Positions 49,798-63,424 of a stretch of DNA of 64,000 nt are shown piece after piece. The translations under genes and the position numbers were made by a program. Location of the stretch: positions 35,042,155-35,106,154 of the forward strand of contig NC_069002.1 in the NCBI RefSeq assembly GCF_001194135.2, in the 5' to 3' direction. The notes below the pieces were generated by a model. The model did not search any database and was not told the DNA's origin. It worked only from the letters and a program-made list of their open reading frames with translations. Source of the DNA: Octopus bimaculoides. Lineage: Eukaryota. The number at the start of each line of letters is the position of its first letter. The stretch's first letter is position 1.

Positions 49798-52603
49798 TAT
49801 ACACGATTAAACCTATACCAATATACAAAAAATATCTAGAGTTATTCATGCATGGAGCACCCAATAATTTCGTCTTAATAACATGCATTGCATTTTTTTA
49901 TATTGATATGAACACAAAAGTATACATACATGCATACGTATGCATAACTGTGTGTGTGTTTATTATATGCACATTTTCCTTGTACAGAAGTTTACCCTCT
50001 ACCTGCTGTTTCTCTGCAACATGTGTATTGTTTCAGCTCCATCAGCGAAGAAATACAAAATTCTTGCTATGCTTTGAGAATGGAAGATGAGGAATAGTAA
50101 GAAATTTCGAAGACCGTGCAGAATATAGGAAAATGTGGGATGAATAAGTAACAAAACAGAACAAAGTAAAATTTATATAATGAGAAGTGAAGATTTCAGA
50201 AATCACCGAGTGTTTTCAGACAATGTGAAAGTAAGTAAAAAGAAGAGATGAAGAAAATGAAGGAAAAACAACGAGGGTATTAAATGGATGTCGATAAAGT
50301 AGATAACAGAAGATTGATATGTGTGATAAAGATGGAGAACGGTAGAAAGTTAGCGTTGAAAAATGCGTTAGGACTCATCTGGGAATACTTATTTAAAGAG
50401 GTAGGCACAGAGGATAGAAGTTTAAGAAATTCTTTATATATAGGCGCAGGCGTTGTTGAGTGGTAAGATCGAAAAAAGTGATGTGATTAATAAAGAACCT
50501 CATGAATTCCATTTTCTGTTTCGTTATATACTCGACGGAGAAATCAGTGATCCAATGACATTCATATATAGATCCAGTTGATGATATCAGGTACCCGCAG
50601 ACAACGTATTCCCAATTCTAATATAATTACCTACATATATATAGTGTTTGTTTCTGTGGCTATGTATATCTTACACACATTGCTTTCACAGCGACACAGT
50701 AGTGTAAACGCCGTCACTATTAACCCCACACGGACGTATATGTAGATATATATATACATACATGCAGCTAATACAGCTCATATTTTTTGTACCCATAGTA
50801 TTTTTCACGTGGGTTACAATATATCTAATGAAAAACACAATAGTATCATTTGTGTATATCTATATATATATGTGTATGTTTACATTTTTTAGTTGCAATA
50901 ATTTTTCCACCGTAATTCTTTTCGTATATCTAGTTTACATTTTTTCTTTGCACGTGCCTCCATATTTCTTCAATGTTCCTGATTTATATATATGTTTTAT
51001 CCTTTTTGTAAGTCTTGTTAGTTTACATCCCTGCTTTTTCTGATTGTACACGCTGTAACATATAGCATCTATGTGTTCGAAGTTTTTAGGGAAACAGTTT
51101 GCGTAAATTATAAATGAACTTTTCTTTTCAGTGTTTCCATAAAACCATCAATATATAACTAATGTGGTAGAAATGGGTTATATTTCGATAACAAGCAGAG
51201 GGGTACAAAATGCACAATTTGTGATAAAAATAATTGGAAGGAAATGGTTTTAGTTTCATTTGTACTAGTGTTCTGGTAGTGTTTGTGCTGTGACGTTGAT
51301 GGTGTGTCAAGATGAGTATTGTATTAGTTGTGTTGTATGTGTTGTTTAAATTTTATTTCGATATATTTAGTGGCGGATATCAGCTCCAAGAAAGCAAGCA
51401 TCCGATCCCAGACGCTCATGCAAGACATAAACAACAAGAAGACATATTTCGTCTCTGAAATCTTCTGATATAATATAGGTAGGCGACTACATATCACTGC
51501 TATTTCTATCAGTTTGACTCTCCTACAGCGAAGCACAATTCAAGTTTCTTCAGACATAGTACAGCTTGGAATGCATCATACAATGTTTATGAAGTGCAAG
51601 TTGTTGATAATGTGGGTGCCATTGCTAGCATACCCAAAAGCCATTTATAAGGGTCAGGTATCGGTTTCTTCTACTGTGGTAGGTAATCCCGGTGCAGAGC
51701 GCATGATATTAATTCACTCAGCGCGAGACAATGGCATTTTAAGTTTTGAGTCTTGCATGCGTGAGATTCCTTTAAACTTATATTAGCGTGTCAGGCAGTA
51801 TGTATCCCCACTTAAACGTAAATATCGTTAGAATAAGCTCGGTCATTTGTTTACTTTTTAAAAATTGTCACTTCAATTCGGAGAATGTATATTATTATGA
51901 TATATTTAGATACAGTTATTATAGTATGAGTCTACCATAGTAACTTCCTCTCCGTAACTTAAAAAGCCTTTCTGGTTTGTTTACTAATATTAAATTTAAT
52001 ATATATATATTATATTATATTATTTTAGTTTCTATTATTTTCTGTTATATTATATTATATTCTATATATATTGCACACTAGAAAATTACTCAGCATAACA
52101 TTTCAATCTATTGTTGTATTCTCGATATTGAATATACTTTGTATTTAACCCGAGATATGAGATATGTTGCCCTTCGAACTAAAAGATATATTATGTCATT
52201 TTAATTGTTTCCTGTCATTAAAACACAGTAATATATTTATTTCAAGCGATCGATACTAGGGTCTCATACAGTTTGCAGTTTAACCAAATATCTAGATAAT
52301 ACACTGACGGCTGTCTTTGATCTTCTTAAGATGAATAGCTGAACAATGTTAAACATACTCCAGTATTTACTTACGTATTATATATCAATAGACGACCATT
52401 GATGGTTTCATTTTATACGTGAGAAATTGATTTGAATTGAGACTAACTCCATAAAATATTCTGCTAAATTAACTTATCAATAATCCTACGGCGACCAAAT
52501 AGCATCAATAATTTAATTCTAATTTACTCGAATTTACACACTTCTTAAGATACTTGTTTTCAATGTATATTTTTCAGAAATGATTATATAATAATTGATC
52601 CGG

Positions 52604-52698
52604 ATGGAGTCAATATTTACAAGTGAATCGACACGAAGAACTTTGTTTTACTACATATTGGAGATGGTGCTGTTTATGACAATTACTTTTCCTATCAG
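52604..52698 (+). CDS. Candidate first coding exon encoding a signal peptide/anchor (exon 52578-52698)
   Basis: TTTTTCAG acceptor (52577), in-frame upstream TAA TAA, ATGG start, MESIFTSESTRRTLFYYILEMVLFMTITFPI(S/R), CAG/GTAAGA donor. No downstream exon identified. Confidence 0.35.
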
Positions 52699-53599
52699 GT
52701 AAGATTTGCAGTTAAAATTTTTATTTGCTTTTAAACTGTTATCAAGGCAATTTGATAAGAAACAGTTGGATGTATTCTATATGCCATTATTACATTCGTT
52801 ATAAATACTATTGTTTTTCTTGCATCTCAGCTAAATTGAAAACAATATCGTTTGTAGAATTATAATTTCTTTTAAATAGTTTGTTTCCTTCCTTCAACCG
52901 CAAATTCGAATTTTTATCGCTGATCAAATATTAAACTTCGTAAATTAAGTAAGCGACTTAGTTTGTTCCTAATGGTTACAGACTTGGTATTATGAGTAGT
53001 AAAAGTTAGATACTTATATATAATGAAGCCTCACGTCAGTTTCTTTAAAAATATAAATATAAAAATGTATTGCATTTGTTACTACAATTGTTCCAGTGTA
53101 GACAATTTTTTCTAGCAAATCAGCCGTCAAAGATAGTAATGTCATCACTGAATGCACTTGGAATTAGTTGGATTTTTTTTATATGTGGTGCATACGTCCG
53201 CAAAAAATTCTATTTTATACTGCGTTCATACTGTATATGGTTGAGAAACTTTGCAATGATTCAGTAAGCTATGTATAGAGTATATCTGATGTTTCCTTTG
53301 GTGTGTCATTTCTTGTATTCTTATTGGGTTCTTGCCTATATATATATATATATATATNNNNNNNNNNNNNNNNNNNNNNNNNNNNNNNNNTATATATATT
53401 ACCTTAATACAGAGAGTAAGAAAGGGATAGAGGGGAAGAGAAAAGGAGTCATATTCACAATTAAAACTAGTTTGCAGAATGCAGTTGCAATGTGAAGGCA
53501 TCCAGAAGCTCACTATCCAATAAAGTTTTATGCGAAGCATTACAGAAAAAGATGAAATCCTAACAGATTGCATGTGGATTAAACGAGCCGAGCATGATT

Positions 53600-54126
53600 T
53601 TCCTTAGCTCAAAAGGCCAGAAGAACAAGTCTATCGGGAAGCTCAAAATGATACTTTGTTCCCGACAGCAAGAGCATCATCGACATCAACTTAATTTCGT
53701 TTGGCGACACGATCATCAAAGAGCAAGTTGCGGAATTTTTGAAGGAGTTCAAAAAGAGATTCCATTGCAAAAACCAGAGAATATGCTCCAAGACAATGCT
53801 CCAGCTCACAATATTCCAATTTGGTAACAAACTACTTGGCAGAGATGGGCATCAAGACACTCTCCCAGTTTCCTTACAATCCAGACCATGCTCCCAGTGA
53901 CCTTTGGTTATTTTCCAAGCTGAAGAAGACCAAAGTGGCTATGACCTAGTTCCAGGACACATCTATATTGGAAGAGTTCCATAGGGCCGTTATGAAGAAG
54001 CTCCAGCACTAGAACAAACAAATTGAAGTAAGAGAGTCCTACATTAAAAGAGGTTAGAGTTCTGTGCTTCTATGAACCTAGTGTCTCTCATGAAAAAAGT
54101 CACAACATTCTGGAATGTATCTTGTA
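53600..54126 (+). pseudogene. Mariner (Tc1/mariner) transposase pseudogene, 3' part with right TIR remnant
   Basis: Frameshifted motifs: KARRTS...DSKSII...GDTIIKE..EFLKEFKKRF, LQDNAPAH, TNYLAEMGIKTLSQFPYNPDHAPSDLWLFSKLKK (HPPYSPDLAPSD motif), EEFHRAVMKKLQH. Ends AAAAAAGTCACAACATTCTGGAATGTATCTTG-TA. Confidence 0.85.
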
Positions 54127-55178
54127 TACAATTCCATTCAAGTACAACTGTTAATACCTTATTACTATTGTCACAAACAACTGCTAATGAAAAAGGTTTA
54201 AAGAACATAAGAATGTTTATTTCTCACAATGAAGCTTTGAGATACCGACGTAGAAGGCGCGCCAGCATATGGCCAACTGCAATAGTGCAACAGTAATAAC
54301 GTTACAAATATCACATCATGCACACACACACACACACACACACATACACACACACACACACACACATACACANNNNNNNNNNNNNNNNNNNNNNNNNNNN
54401 NNNNNNNNNNNNNNNNNNNNNNNNNNNNNNNNNNNNNNNNNNNNNNNNNNNNNNNNNNNNNNNNNNNNNNNNNNNNNNNNNNNNNNNNNNNNNNNNNNNN
54501 NNNNNNNNNNNNNNNNNNNNNNNNNNNNCCATCTCACGCACACACAAACACACTAACCATAAACGCTTATTACCGGCGGCAGTCGGAAGCAGAATTAGAT
54601 ACCGACACTATGATCCGGAGCTTATTAAATATGGATATACTATCGAAAAACGAAAAGTGACTTCACTATTTCACTCGACGAAGCAGCTCAAGAAGAAGTA
54701 TTGTGCTAAAAGTCAAAGACGAATAACTGTCAGACGAAAAGGGTTCCGTAGCGATGGTAAAATTCGCTTACCAATGACAAAATGTGAAAAAAACACGGAA
54801 GCCGTGCTAAACATTTCCTTCACCACTGCGAGTGCTCTCCGTTTGCTGCTGGTTCATTTCTCTTCTTTTTAGCACGATATATCGGGATACACACACACAC
54901 GCACACACACACGTGTGCGCGTGCGCGTGTACCTTTCTGTGTTTGTATGCTTGTATGCTGTATTCTTGTGCGCGTGTGTATGTATGTATAAGTATATATA
55001 CAAATGAATAGATGCTTATTTCTAACAGTACTTATATGTTCATAAATGTATGTATTTATATATATGTATGTGTGTGTGTGTGTGTGTTGCTCCCGCATGA
55101 CCGCAGTTAGATGACTGAAACATGTAAAGGAATAAAAGAATGCACATGGATACATATTTATATATAACAGTGTATATA

Positions 55179-55225
<47 letters not shown>

Positions 55226-56975
55226 NNNNNNNNNNNNNNNNNNNNNNNNNNNNNNNNNNNNNNNNNNNNNNNNNNNNNNNNNNNNNNNNNNNNNNNNNNN
55301 NNNNNNNNNNNNNNNNNNNNNNNNNNNNNNNNNNNNNNNNNNNNNNNNNNNNNNNNNNNNNNNNNNNNNNNNNNNNNNNNNNNNNNNNNNNNNNNNNNNN
55401 NNNNNNNNNNNNNNNNNNNNNNNNNNNNNNNNNNNNNNNNNNNNNNNNNNNNNNNNNNNNNNNNNNNNNNNNNNNNNNNNNNNNNNNNNNNNNNNNNNNN
55501 NNNNNNNNNNNNNNNNNNNNNNNNNNNNNNNNNNNNNNNNNNNNNNNNNNNNNNNNNNNNNNNNNNNNNNNNNNNNNNNNNNNNNNNNNNNNNNNNNNNN
55601 NNNNNNNNNNNNNNNNNNNNNNNNNNNNNNNNNNNNNNCATTATATAAATAAAGCTTACCTATGTGTCTCCTAAATAGTATCATTATCTTATCGTCAGCT
55701 AATAATTTTTTTAAAGATAATTCCAAATAGTGTTCATGATCACTATATACTTAATATCCTTAAATTTTACACCCTATCCAGAGCCCCTGAATTCAATATT
55801 GACATTATTTCATGATTTTTGTGGAAGATAATTACATCTCATTTTTATTTATTTTATTAACATACCTCTTACTGTGTAAACATTAGTTAGAGTTCTGTTG
55901 TTGTCTGTACCACTATACTGTTACTCTATTCAGACTAAAAGTTAAAAAAAAACCTATTTGACCCATATACCTAGGGCTATAATTCCTCAACATTAATTCC
56001 TCAACATTTTGATAGTAATAACATGACCTGATATATATATATATATATATATGTATGCCTACACACAATTTATACGACCAACCGTCCATAAAAACACACA
56101 TATTTCATATACATGGCTTCAAACTCGCATGCATGCATATAACCTGTGAGGCCTAATCGACGTCCATTAAGTAAGTATCGGTCTACCAACCATAATATAC
56201 ACCGACAAATTTTAATCATTTATTATACAAATACAATTTTTGTTTTAACAGGATCAGTAACATGAACGAATAGCACAACAACGCCATCACCATAACGCCA
56301 ACGACAAAATCAAATACATGAATACAAACATGTTTTGTATTGTAACTTTTCTACATTAATCTTATCAGATGAGAATTATTTTTCCAATTCTTACGAACTA
56401 CCATGACTACGTGTCATTAGAATATACTGACAGATAAACTTTACAAGTACATTACATTGTATGTCTGTTTTCCTTCGAAGTATAAGCGAAGAATACCGCA
56501 CGGTACGGTATGCATGAAAGATAACTATTTTATAATTAGTATTATGTATTACACTGGCTGCATGTTTACTGCCGTTAATTTTAAATAAGTGTAGAAGGAA
56601 AAAAAAGATATATAGACAAACAGACAGACAAATTGATTGATAGATTAATTTCTATGTATGATATTTCTCGTTTAAAGAATTTATGCACATTCTCTCAAAG
56701 ATTATAAATTATATTTGTATGTTTTTGTATGAATATATACATTAAAAGTAAAATGAACGTGTAATTTGTGTATTACTTCTACAATTTTTCGTAGCTTTTT
56801 CACTTCGAAAAGGCATGCGTTATCTAACATTATTTTGTATTTTCGGAAAGAGCTGCTTCTTCAGTTAATAAACGTTGGAATAATGTTTAGGTGATGTGCT
56901 CCCAAATATTTCGCTACATACAAAGCTACATGCCCTATTGGTTAGGATGTTTCTCTCAAAAATGCATTTTCGATG

Positions 56976-57060
56976 CCGGTATAATTTGAACTCAGTACGT
57001 AGCAGCAGACGAAATACCGCTAAGCATTGCGCCCGGTATGCTAACGATTTTTCCGCCTTA
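56976..57060 (-). mobile_element. SINE family B head
   Basis: AATTTGAACTCAGTACGTAGCAGCAGACGAAATACCGCTAAGCATTGCGCCCGG. Confidence 0.85.
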
Positions 57061-57061
57061 C

Positions 57062-57135
57062 GTACTATTACTACTACTACTAGTACTACTACTACTAGTA
57101 CTACTACTACTACTAATAATAATAATAATAATAAT
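57062..57135. repeat. (TAC)n(AAT)n microsatellite
   Basis: Direct reading. Confidence 0.95.
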
Positions 57136-57660
57136 AGCCACTGGATTATGATCATAACTGATTGGCAATGACATCACGTACGTATATTGTCTTGGCGTTA
57201 AAGAAAGGCTACAGCAATTATTCTGCTGAAAACCAGAGATTTGCATGTCATTTGTTTGACCTTAACCAGTTGAGCATATCCCTTTGTGGTTGACGATATG
57301 TGCATCCCTGATCACGAGCATAATTAGTGGGGGAGCATTATAGGCGTGTGTTGAGAGGTATTCTTTGGGGTTTGAATGATTCAATTCTGGAGACAGGGGT
57401 GTTTCCTTCAACATCCTTAAACAACCTTTATTCAAGGACCATTTGAGCGGGATGTGTTACTCCACCTGAATAAAATTCTCACAGAGCACCACCTTCGAGT
57501 TCATGCCTTATCTTGATATCGCATAACCATATTGCGCACATATGGTTGTGATGCATGTAGCAGTTGTAGCTATATCAGACAGGTAGTCATGGTGGTAATA
57601 TTGGGCATCGTATATTTTACCCAGTGTCACTTTTATAGCATGCACTGATCTCTCACTCAG
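57135..57660. mobile_element. Family D repeat, copy 2
   Basis: Colinear with 29975-30513 in the same orientation, preceded by (AAT)n. Confidence 0.85.
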
Positions 57661-57666
57661 TAATGG

Positions 57667-57884
57667 TTTCAAAGTTTGCCACAAGAGCAGCAAATTTAGG
57701 CGGGGGAGCGGAATAAGTTGATCACATTGATCCCAGTGTTTCACTGGTACTTAATCTACCGACCCGAATAGGAAGAAATGTAGAGCCGACCTCGGCAGAA
57801 TTTGAACACAAAATATAGCTACGGGCGAAATACTGCTATGCGTTTGATCCGGCGCTTTAACAATTCTGCCAACTCACCGCTTTA
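57667..57884 (-). mobile_element. SINE family B, full length, degenerate, followed by (AAT)n
   Basis: CACTGGTACTTAATCTACCGACCCG...CCGACCTCGGCAGAATTTGAAC...ACAATTCTGCCAACTCACCGC. Confidence 0.8.
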
Positions 57885-57893
57885 AGTAATAAT

Positions 57894-57924
<31 letters not shown>

Positions 57925-58366
57925 GTAATAATATCAAAACCAACAACAAGAATGAAAATCTAGAGCAAAAACAATAAAAACCTGTGACTGTTTGTCATTT
58001 ATGGGGAGATAACGCCATTTTATGTTCCCCAGTTAATTATGCTTTCACATTCTCGCCAAATTTATATAAATTTACTGGAATGAACCTTTATTCTACATAT
58101 ACGCTAATGTTTCTCCCTTTCTCATCAATATAACCCTTCCTTTTTCAGTCACTCTCTTTCTATCTATCTCTCCTCCCCATACATATAGCAGGATATGCGT
58201 GGGTGTATATGCCAAAGTGTCTCTGTGTGTATATATTACAGGGTATATTTGCCTATCTTGTTGGATATCTGCGTATAAATATGTATATATACAACACAAT
58301 GTTACGCATAAGATAATTTCTTGTGCCGGAGAGAAACAGATATGCCGAAACACACACACACACACA

Positions 58367-58400
<34 letters not shown>

Positions 58401-60555
58401 NNNNNNNNNNNNNNNNNNNNNNNNNNNNNNNNNNNNNNNNNNNNNNNNNNNNNNNNNNNNNNNNNNNNNNNNNNNNNNNNNNNNNNNNNNNNNNNNNNNN
58501 NNNNNNNNNNNNNNNNNNNNNNNNNNNNNNNNNNNNNNNNNNNNNNNNNNNNNNNNNNNNNNNNNNNNNNNNNNNNNNNNNNNNNNNNNNNNNNNNNNNN
58601 NNNNNNNNNNNNNNNNNNNNNNNNNNNNNNNNNNNNNNNNNNNNNNNNNNCTTGTATATATATATATACACACACAAATGTGTTTTATTACATATATATA
58701 TTCTAAAATGTAAGATCCCTTAGAGACTAAAATTTCCAGAATAAATAATCATGAAAAAAGAATTGAATCTCCAATGAGTCAAAGAATACTAGAATTCTAT
58801 AACACACAAATGTCTGTGTGCGTGCATGTGAGTGTGTGTGTGTATGCATATATAGTCATATATAGCACACGATACTCTCACGAGAACACACTTGAAGAAG
58901 AATGCATATCCTCCTCAAGCACACGTACACACACATACACCCATTTGTGTGTCTGTGCGTGTATATGTGTGTGTTTATGTAAAGAAGTATTTCTATCTAG
59001 AGAGAAATTTCGATGTACGACTGAGATTTTACCGAATAATTCAAATGTACGGATATAATATATTCCGTGGACGGATGGTATAATACAATGATTTGGATAT
59101 TATCTACTTATCTATATAGACTTATATAATACATCTTAGCTTAAACTTTAGTGTAAGAAATGATTGACTTTAATGACTAAAGTAAGTATGTTTGCTTCAA
59201 GTTTACAAATAAGTGCTATCTTGTCACATTGCTGTCTGACAATCTTGTCAAGAGGTTCTGGAGTGTTAAAAAGTGTCTACAACATTACCATTGTAATAAA
59301 TATATGTCACACATTATTTCTACTTTCGTACTGTTGATTTTATCAAAGATATTGTATGGCCAGTGTTGTAGTAGTAGAAGTAGTAGGATGAGGACGAGGT
59401 GGAGGGGAAGTGTTGCAGAATTAGAAACATAAGGTTGACGTGGAACAAGAGGAGAAAGAGGAGTAAATTTCCATCCTGTCCGTGTCATAGACTTTAAGAA
59501 ATTTTTTTAGATGTACAGAGATGTATAAATGGCGAAAGCAGCTGCAGTAGTAGTGGTGGTAGTAGTCGTGCTTGTTCATGTTGTTGTGATGCCTGTTATT
59601 GTGATGGTGATGTTGGTGGTGGTGTGTCGTTGAGCTTTAAAAATAATCATCGTGATCGTGTTGTTGAAATCAGATTTTGCTCATTTGTATACATCCACCT
59701 TTTTTCATCTGTTACCTGTTTCATGTATTGGACTGCTGAGATTCTGGGACAAATTGAGCCATCTTATGCTGATTAGTAGCGAGAACCTAACGGAGAGACT
59801 AGTAATAAAATTACACACACTCTTTTATATATGACGGGGTTCTTTAGGTTTATAAATTATCTCACGAGCCTTTACACATCTTGGAGTTAGAAGAAGCTTG
59901 TTTAAAATGCCTTGAACTGGGATTGACCGGATGGTAAGAAATAATCTTAACGGCACAGCCACACCTGCCTCTATACGTATATAATTTTTTTCATCGAAGA
60001 ATCGCCAAAGTTCTTTAGAGGGTTACTTGACTAACTAGAAATTATAGCACACGTTTCATAACAAACCGTCTTTGAAAAGGATGGCTACATTAGATAATGT
60101 AGATCAAGTGAAACTATTAAGTGAAATATACGAAGACGTTTTCTATAGCGCTTGAATTCCTCTAAATATAGACATTAATGAACATATAGAAAAATGGTAA
60201 TTGTATTCTTTTGTTCCCATGTACCCACAAACCTTGTTTGATGGCCCATACAAATAGACAAATGCCTCGATGATAATATGTTGCCTCAAGGCCCGACTTT
60301 GCAGCAAATTGTCTGGCATACTTGCTGACCTCTGGTTGGGCGATATTCGTCTCCTTCGAATACATACATACATATATTCTCCGAATCAAATCCATCAGTT
60401 GCACAGTGAAGATTTTTAAGGCATTCCCCAATTTTCTTTTCATCTGGCTAAGCTTTAAAGGGCGCATTTATTTTTATTATTACAGTGTTGTTCATCCCTT
60501 GTTCAGGTCCTTGAAAGCACTACTATGTGCTTTGCGTTTCATATATTTATTTATA

Positions 60556-60600
<45 letters not shown>

Positions 60601-60869
60601 TACATAATCAGCTAAAGAAATGGGGACACATCCGCCCTATGCTTTCTTCTGGTTGGTTTCGAAACCATCACTGGCTGCAGTAGATATATGTATCTGAAAT
60701 CCTAAAACATTTGTTCATCGATGACTCTAGCTTACGATCAGAATATCGATGCGAAAAGAGAAAGTATTACGTAAAAGAATAAAGACTTCAAGACAGAGTA
60801 GGGTAATGGAAAGCTGGAAACAAAGAGGGAAAGATAGGAAACGATGCGGGTAGGAAATAACAAGAAAAA

Positions 60870-61220
60870 ATGCTAGAATAAACAAAAAATTATAGTCATA
60901 AATAGATTGAGAAAGAGAACCACTGAAAAGGGGAAGGGATAAGGGAGGACAAAACTACGAGAAATATATATGGAGGAAAGTAGAGAAAACACAAACAGCA
61001 TTGGAGGGAGTCTTGTTATGAGAGAGATATAGAGAGGGAAGAAGAAGTAGAGGAGCAAAGTAATAATAGTGAGAAAGATGGACAGACGCAAATACAGAAA
61101 GGAAGAAAAAGAAAAGAAAGGTAATGTGCTTGGAATAAAGTGAATCTGAGAGTAAAGGTTAAAAGAGAGTGGGGGTAGGGATGGGGATGGTGGTGAGGAA
61201 ATGCTGGAAAAACACATAAA
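60870..61220. repeat. Purine-rich (GA) low-complexity tract
   Basis: Direct reading. Complementary CT-rich tracts occur at 39940-40110 and 47720-47810. Confidence 0.8.
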
Positions 61221-62099
61221 ATAGTGTCCTCACACGAAATTGAAGTCAACCTTAAATTTCTAATTTTCTTTGATGTCGATGCCGAACCAGACGTCGAGTG
61301 TTAAAACCAAAATCAGAACCAATACTGCAGAAAAATAATACATATAAAGAAAAAAAAAATATTGAGAAATATATAAAAAAAAAATCATATAAAAAAAGAG
61401 AAAATTAGAAAAATATATATATACAAAAATAATAATATTAATCATCATAATAAAAACTAGCAAAAATTGTAAGCCGCAATTAATTTCCTAATCTAATCTA
61501 AAGACTAATGAAATTCCAATATCTTTTGAAAACAAAAAGGTAAAGAGGAAGAAAGTAAAGATGTATGAATAAATAAAGAAAGAAAAGAGAAAAAAGAACT
61601 AACAACTCTGTTAACAAACTTGATGACGGTTTTTGAGTAATTAATAGAGAGAAGACTTGTTTAACAACTAACAGACACATTAAGGAGAGACTTAGGATCG
61701 ATCTACAGCGTAACAGTTTATAGCTATAAATGTTTAAACGGGCAAATTTGGAAGTTTTAATTTTTATTTTATTTTTTGAATTTATGATTGTTTTCTTATT
61801 TGAAAGTGGGGGTCATTTCGGAAACTTTTTTTTCAAAAAATCAGTGGTAAAAGAAACGGAGCGGTTGGTGTGGTGGGTGGGTTCTTTGTGTACGTTTTGT
61901 TTGGGATTTTTGGGGGAGTCTTTTTTTTTTTTTCGTATTTTTAAGTATTAGCGATTTTTCTCATTTGTTTCTGAAGATCTGCTTGTTTAAAGATTTTATG
62001 TTGATTTTTTGTTCTTATTCTTTTTACGGATATTTTGTTTAAAAGAGTCGTGGAAGTGAATCATGTTTTTCATAAAAAAAAAATGCTTTATAACTTAAG

Positions 62100-62275
62100 C
62101 ACACGGCTACAAATTCGGAGGGCAAGGGGTTAGTCGATTAAATAGGCTTTCAATATTTGGCTATTCGCTATTTTTATCGTCCCTTCCGGAAAGATGAAAA
62201 CCTAAATTGACCTAGTTGTGATTTGAACTCATAAAGTAAAGAACCGTAACGAATTACTGCAAGGTATTTTCCAGA
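62100..62275 (-). mobile_element. SINE family B, degenerate
   Basis: GGGGTTAGTCGATTA...TTTTATCG...GAAAGATGAAA...ATTTGAACTC...GCAAGGTATTT. Confidence 0.7.
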
Positions 62276-62504
62276 TGATGTAACATCTTATATGCAACAC
62301 AAACCCATTTCGAGACACGAAATTCATAGAAGGAAGGACACGAATACATATATTACATAATATTTTTACCACTAGTTCAGTTTAGATAAAAAAAATGCCG
62401 AAACTATAAATTTGTAGAGACATGTCCAGTGAACATTGTGATAAGTCAAATGACGTTCATATTTAAACCCCTTTAATAATGTACCTACCTACCTACTACC
62501 TGAC

Positions 62505-62812
62505 ACGTCGTCGAGGGTTCCAGTTGATCCGATCAACAGAACAGCTTGCTCGTCAAATTAACGTGCTAGTGGCTGAGCACTCCTCAGACACGTGTACCCT
62601 TAACGTAGTTCTCGGGGATATTCAGCGTGATACAGTGTGACAAGGCTGACCCTTTGTATGACAGGTACTTCTCATTTTTATCAGTAGAGTGAACAGTAGC
62701 AACGTGAAATAATGCCTTGCTCAAGGATACAACATGTCACTGAGAATAGAACTCATGGCCCTAACATCATGAGCTAAATACCGCTAACCATTAAGCTACG
62801 CACGTTCACTAG
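62505..62812 (-). mobile_element. CORE-type SINE sharing the family-C 3' module
   Basis: 62505-62660 matches the C tail. 62660-62812 instead reads (minus) GCGTAGCTTAATGGTTAG...TCCTTGAGCAAGGCATTATTTCACGTTGCT..TTCACTC, a tRNA head plus CORE-like domain. Confidence 0.75.
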
Positions 62813-63424
62813 CCACCCATTTTCACTACACCGGTAAGGCCTATTTTGAAACTGAATGACATAGACTAACACGCGCCCCATCATGTTGATCATGCGCTTT
62901 TCAACGGGCACCTAGCTAATTAGTAATATTGGGTAATATTTGGCTTCAAAAGACAAAAATGTGAAAAATAATAAAGATACAGAATGTTATGTGGTTCAAA
63001 AATTTCCTGAATTTATATCTGAAAATGTAAAGGAAAAATCCAAATTCATAAAAAAAAAAATAAATGATTGAGAACAGAATTTGATCGTATTCATTATCTC
63101 ACAATATTTTATGTTCTTAATTAATGTTGTCCGATGAAGCAATACTTACCATAGCGTTGGTATTTATTTATTTATTTGTTTCAAGATGTGTAATGACCGA
63201 ACATAAACACGTCACGACCAGTGGTCACAAGAGTAGATTTTAAACTTTATTAATCAGTATTAATGACACGATCATAATTTTTTTCGGACTGCTAACTTCC
63301 TTTACATATTAAACATCCTTCTCGGTTCCAACTATTTCTAACTTACAATGCGTTTTGTTGGGTTTGATTTCTACTAGAAACAACAATTCTTAATCCGGAA
63401 TATGAATACATTTCGTTATTGGGT

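Noticed and set aside
51530-51658. Candidate exon with two long open frames
   Set aside because: Cannot be joined in frame to the 52578 exon and has no recognisable motif.
60180-60470. Minus-strand ORFs, one containing an RSASMP 14-3-3-like motif
   Set aside because: Interrupted by (ATGT)n, lacks good splice sites, and the motif is too short to be informative.
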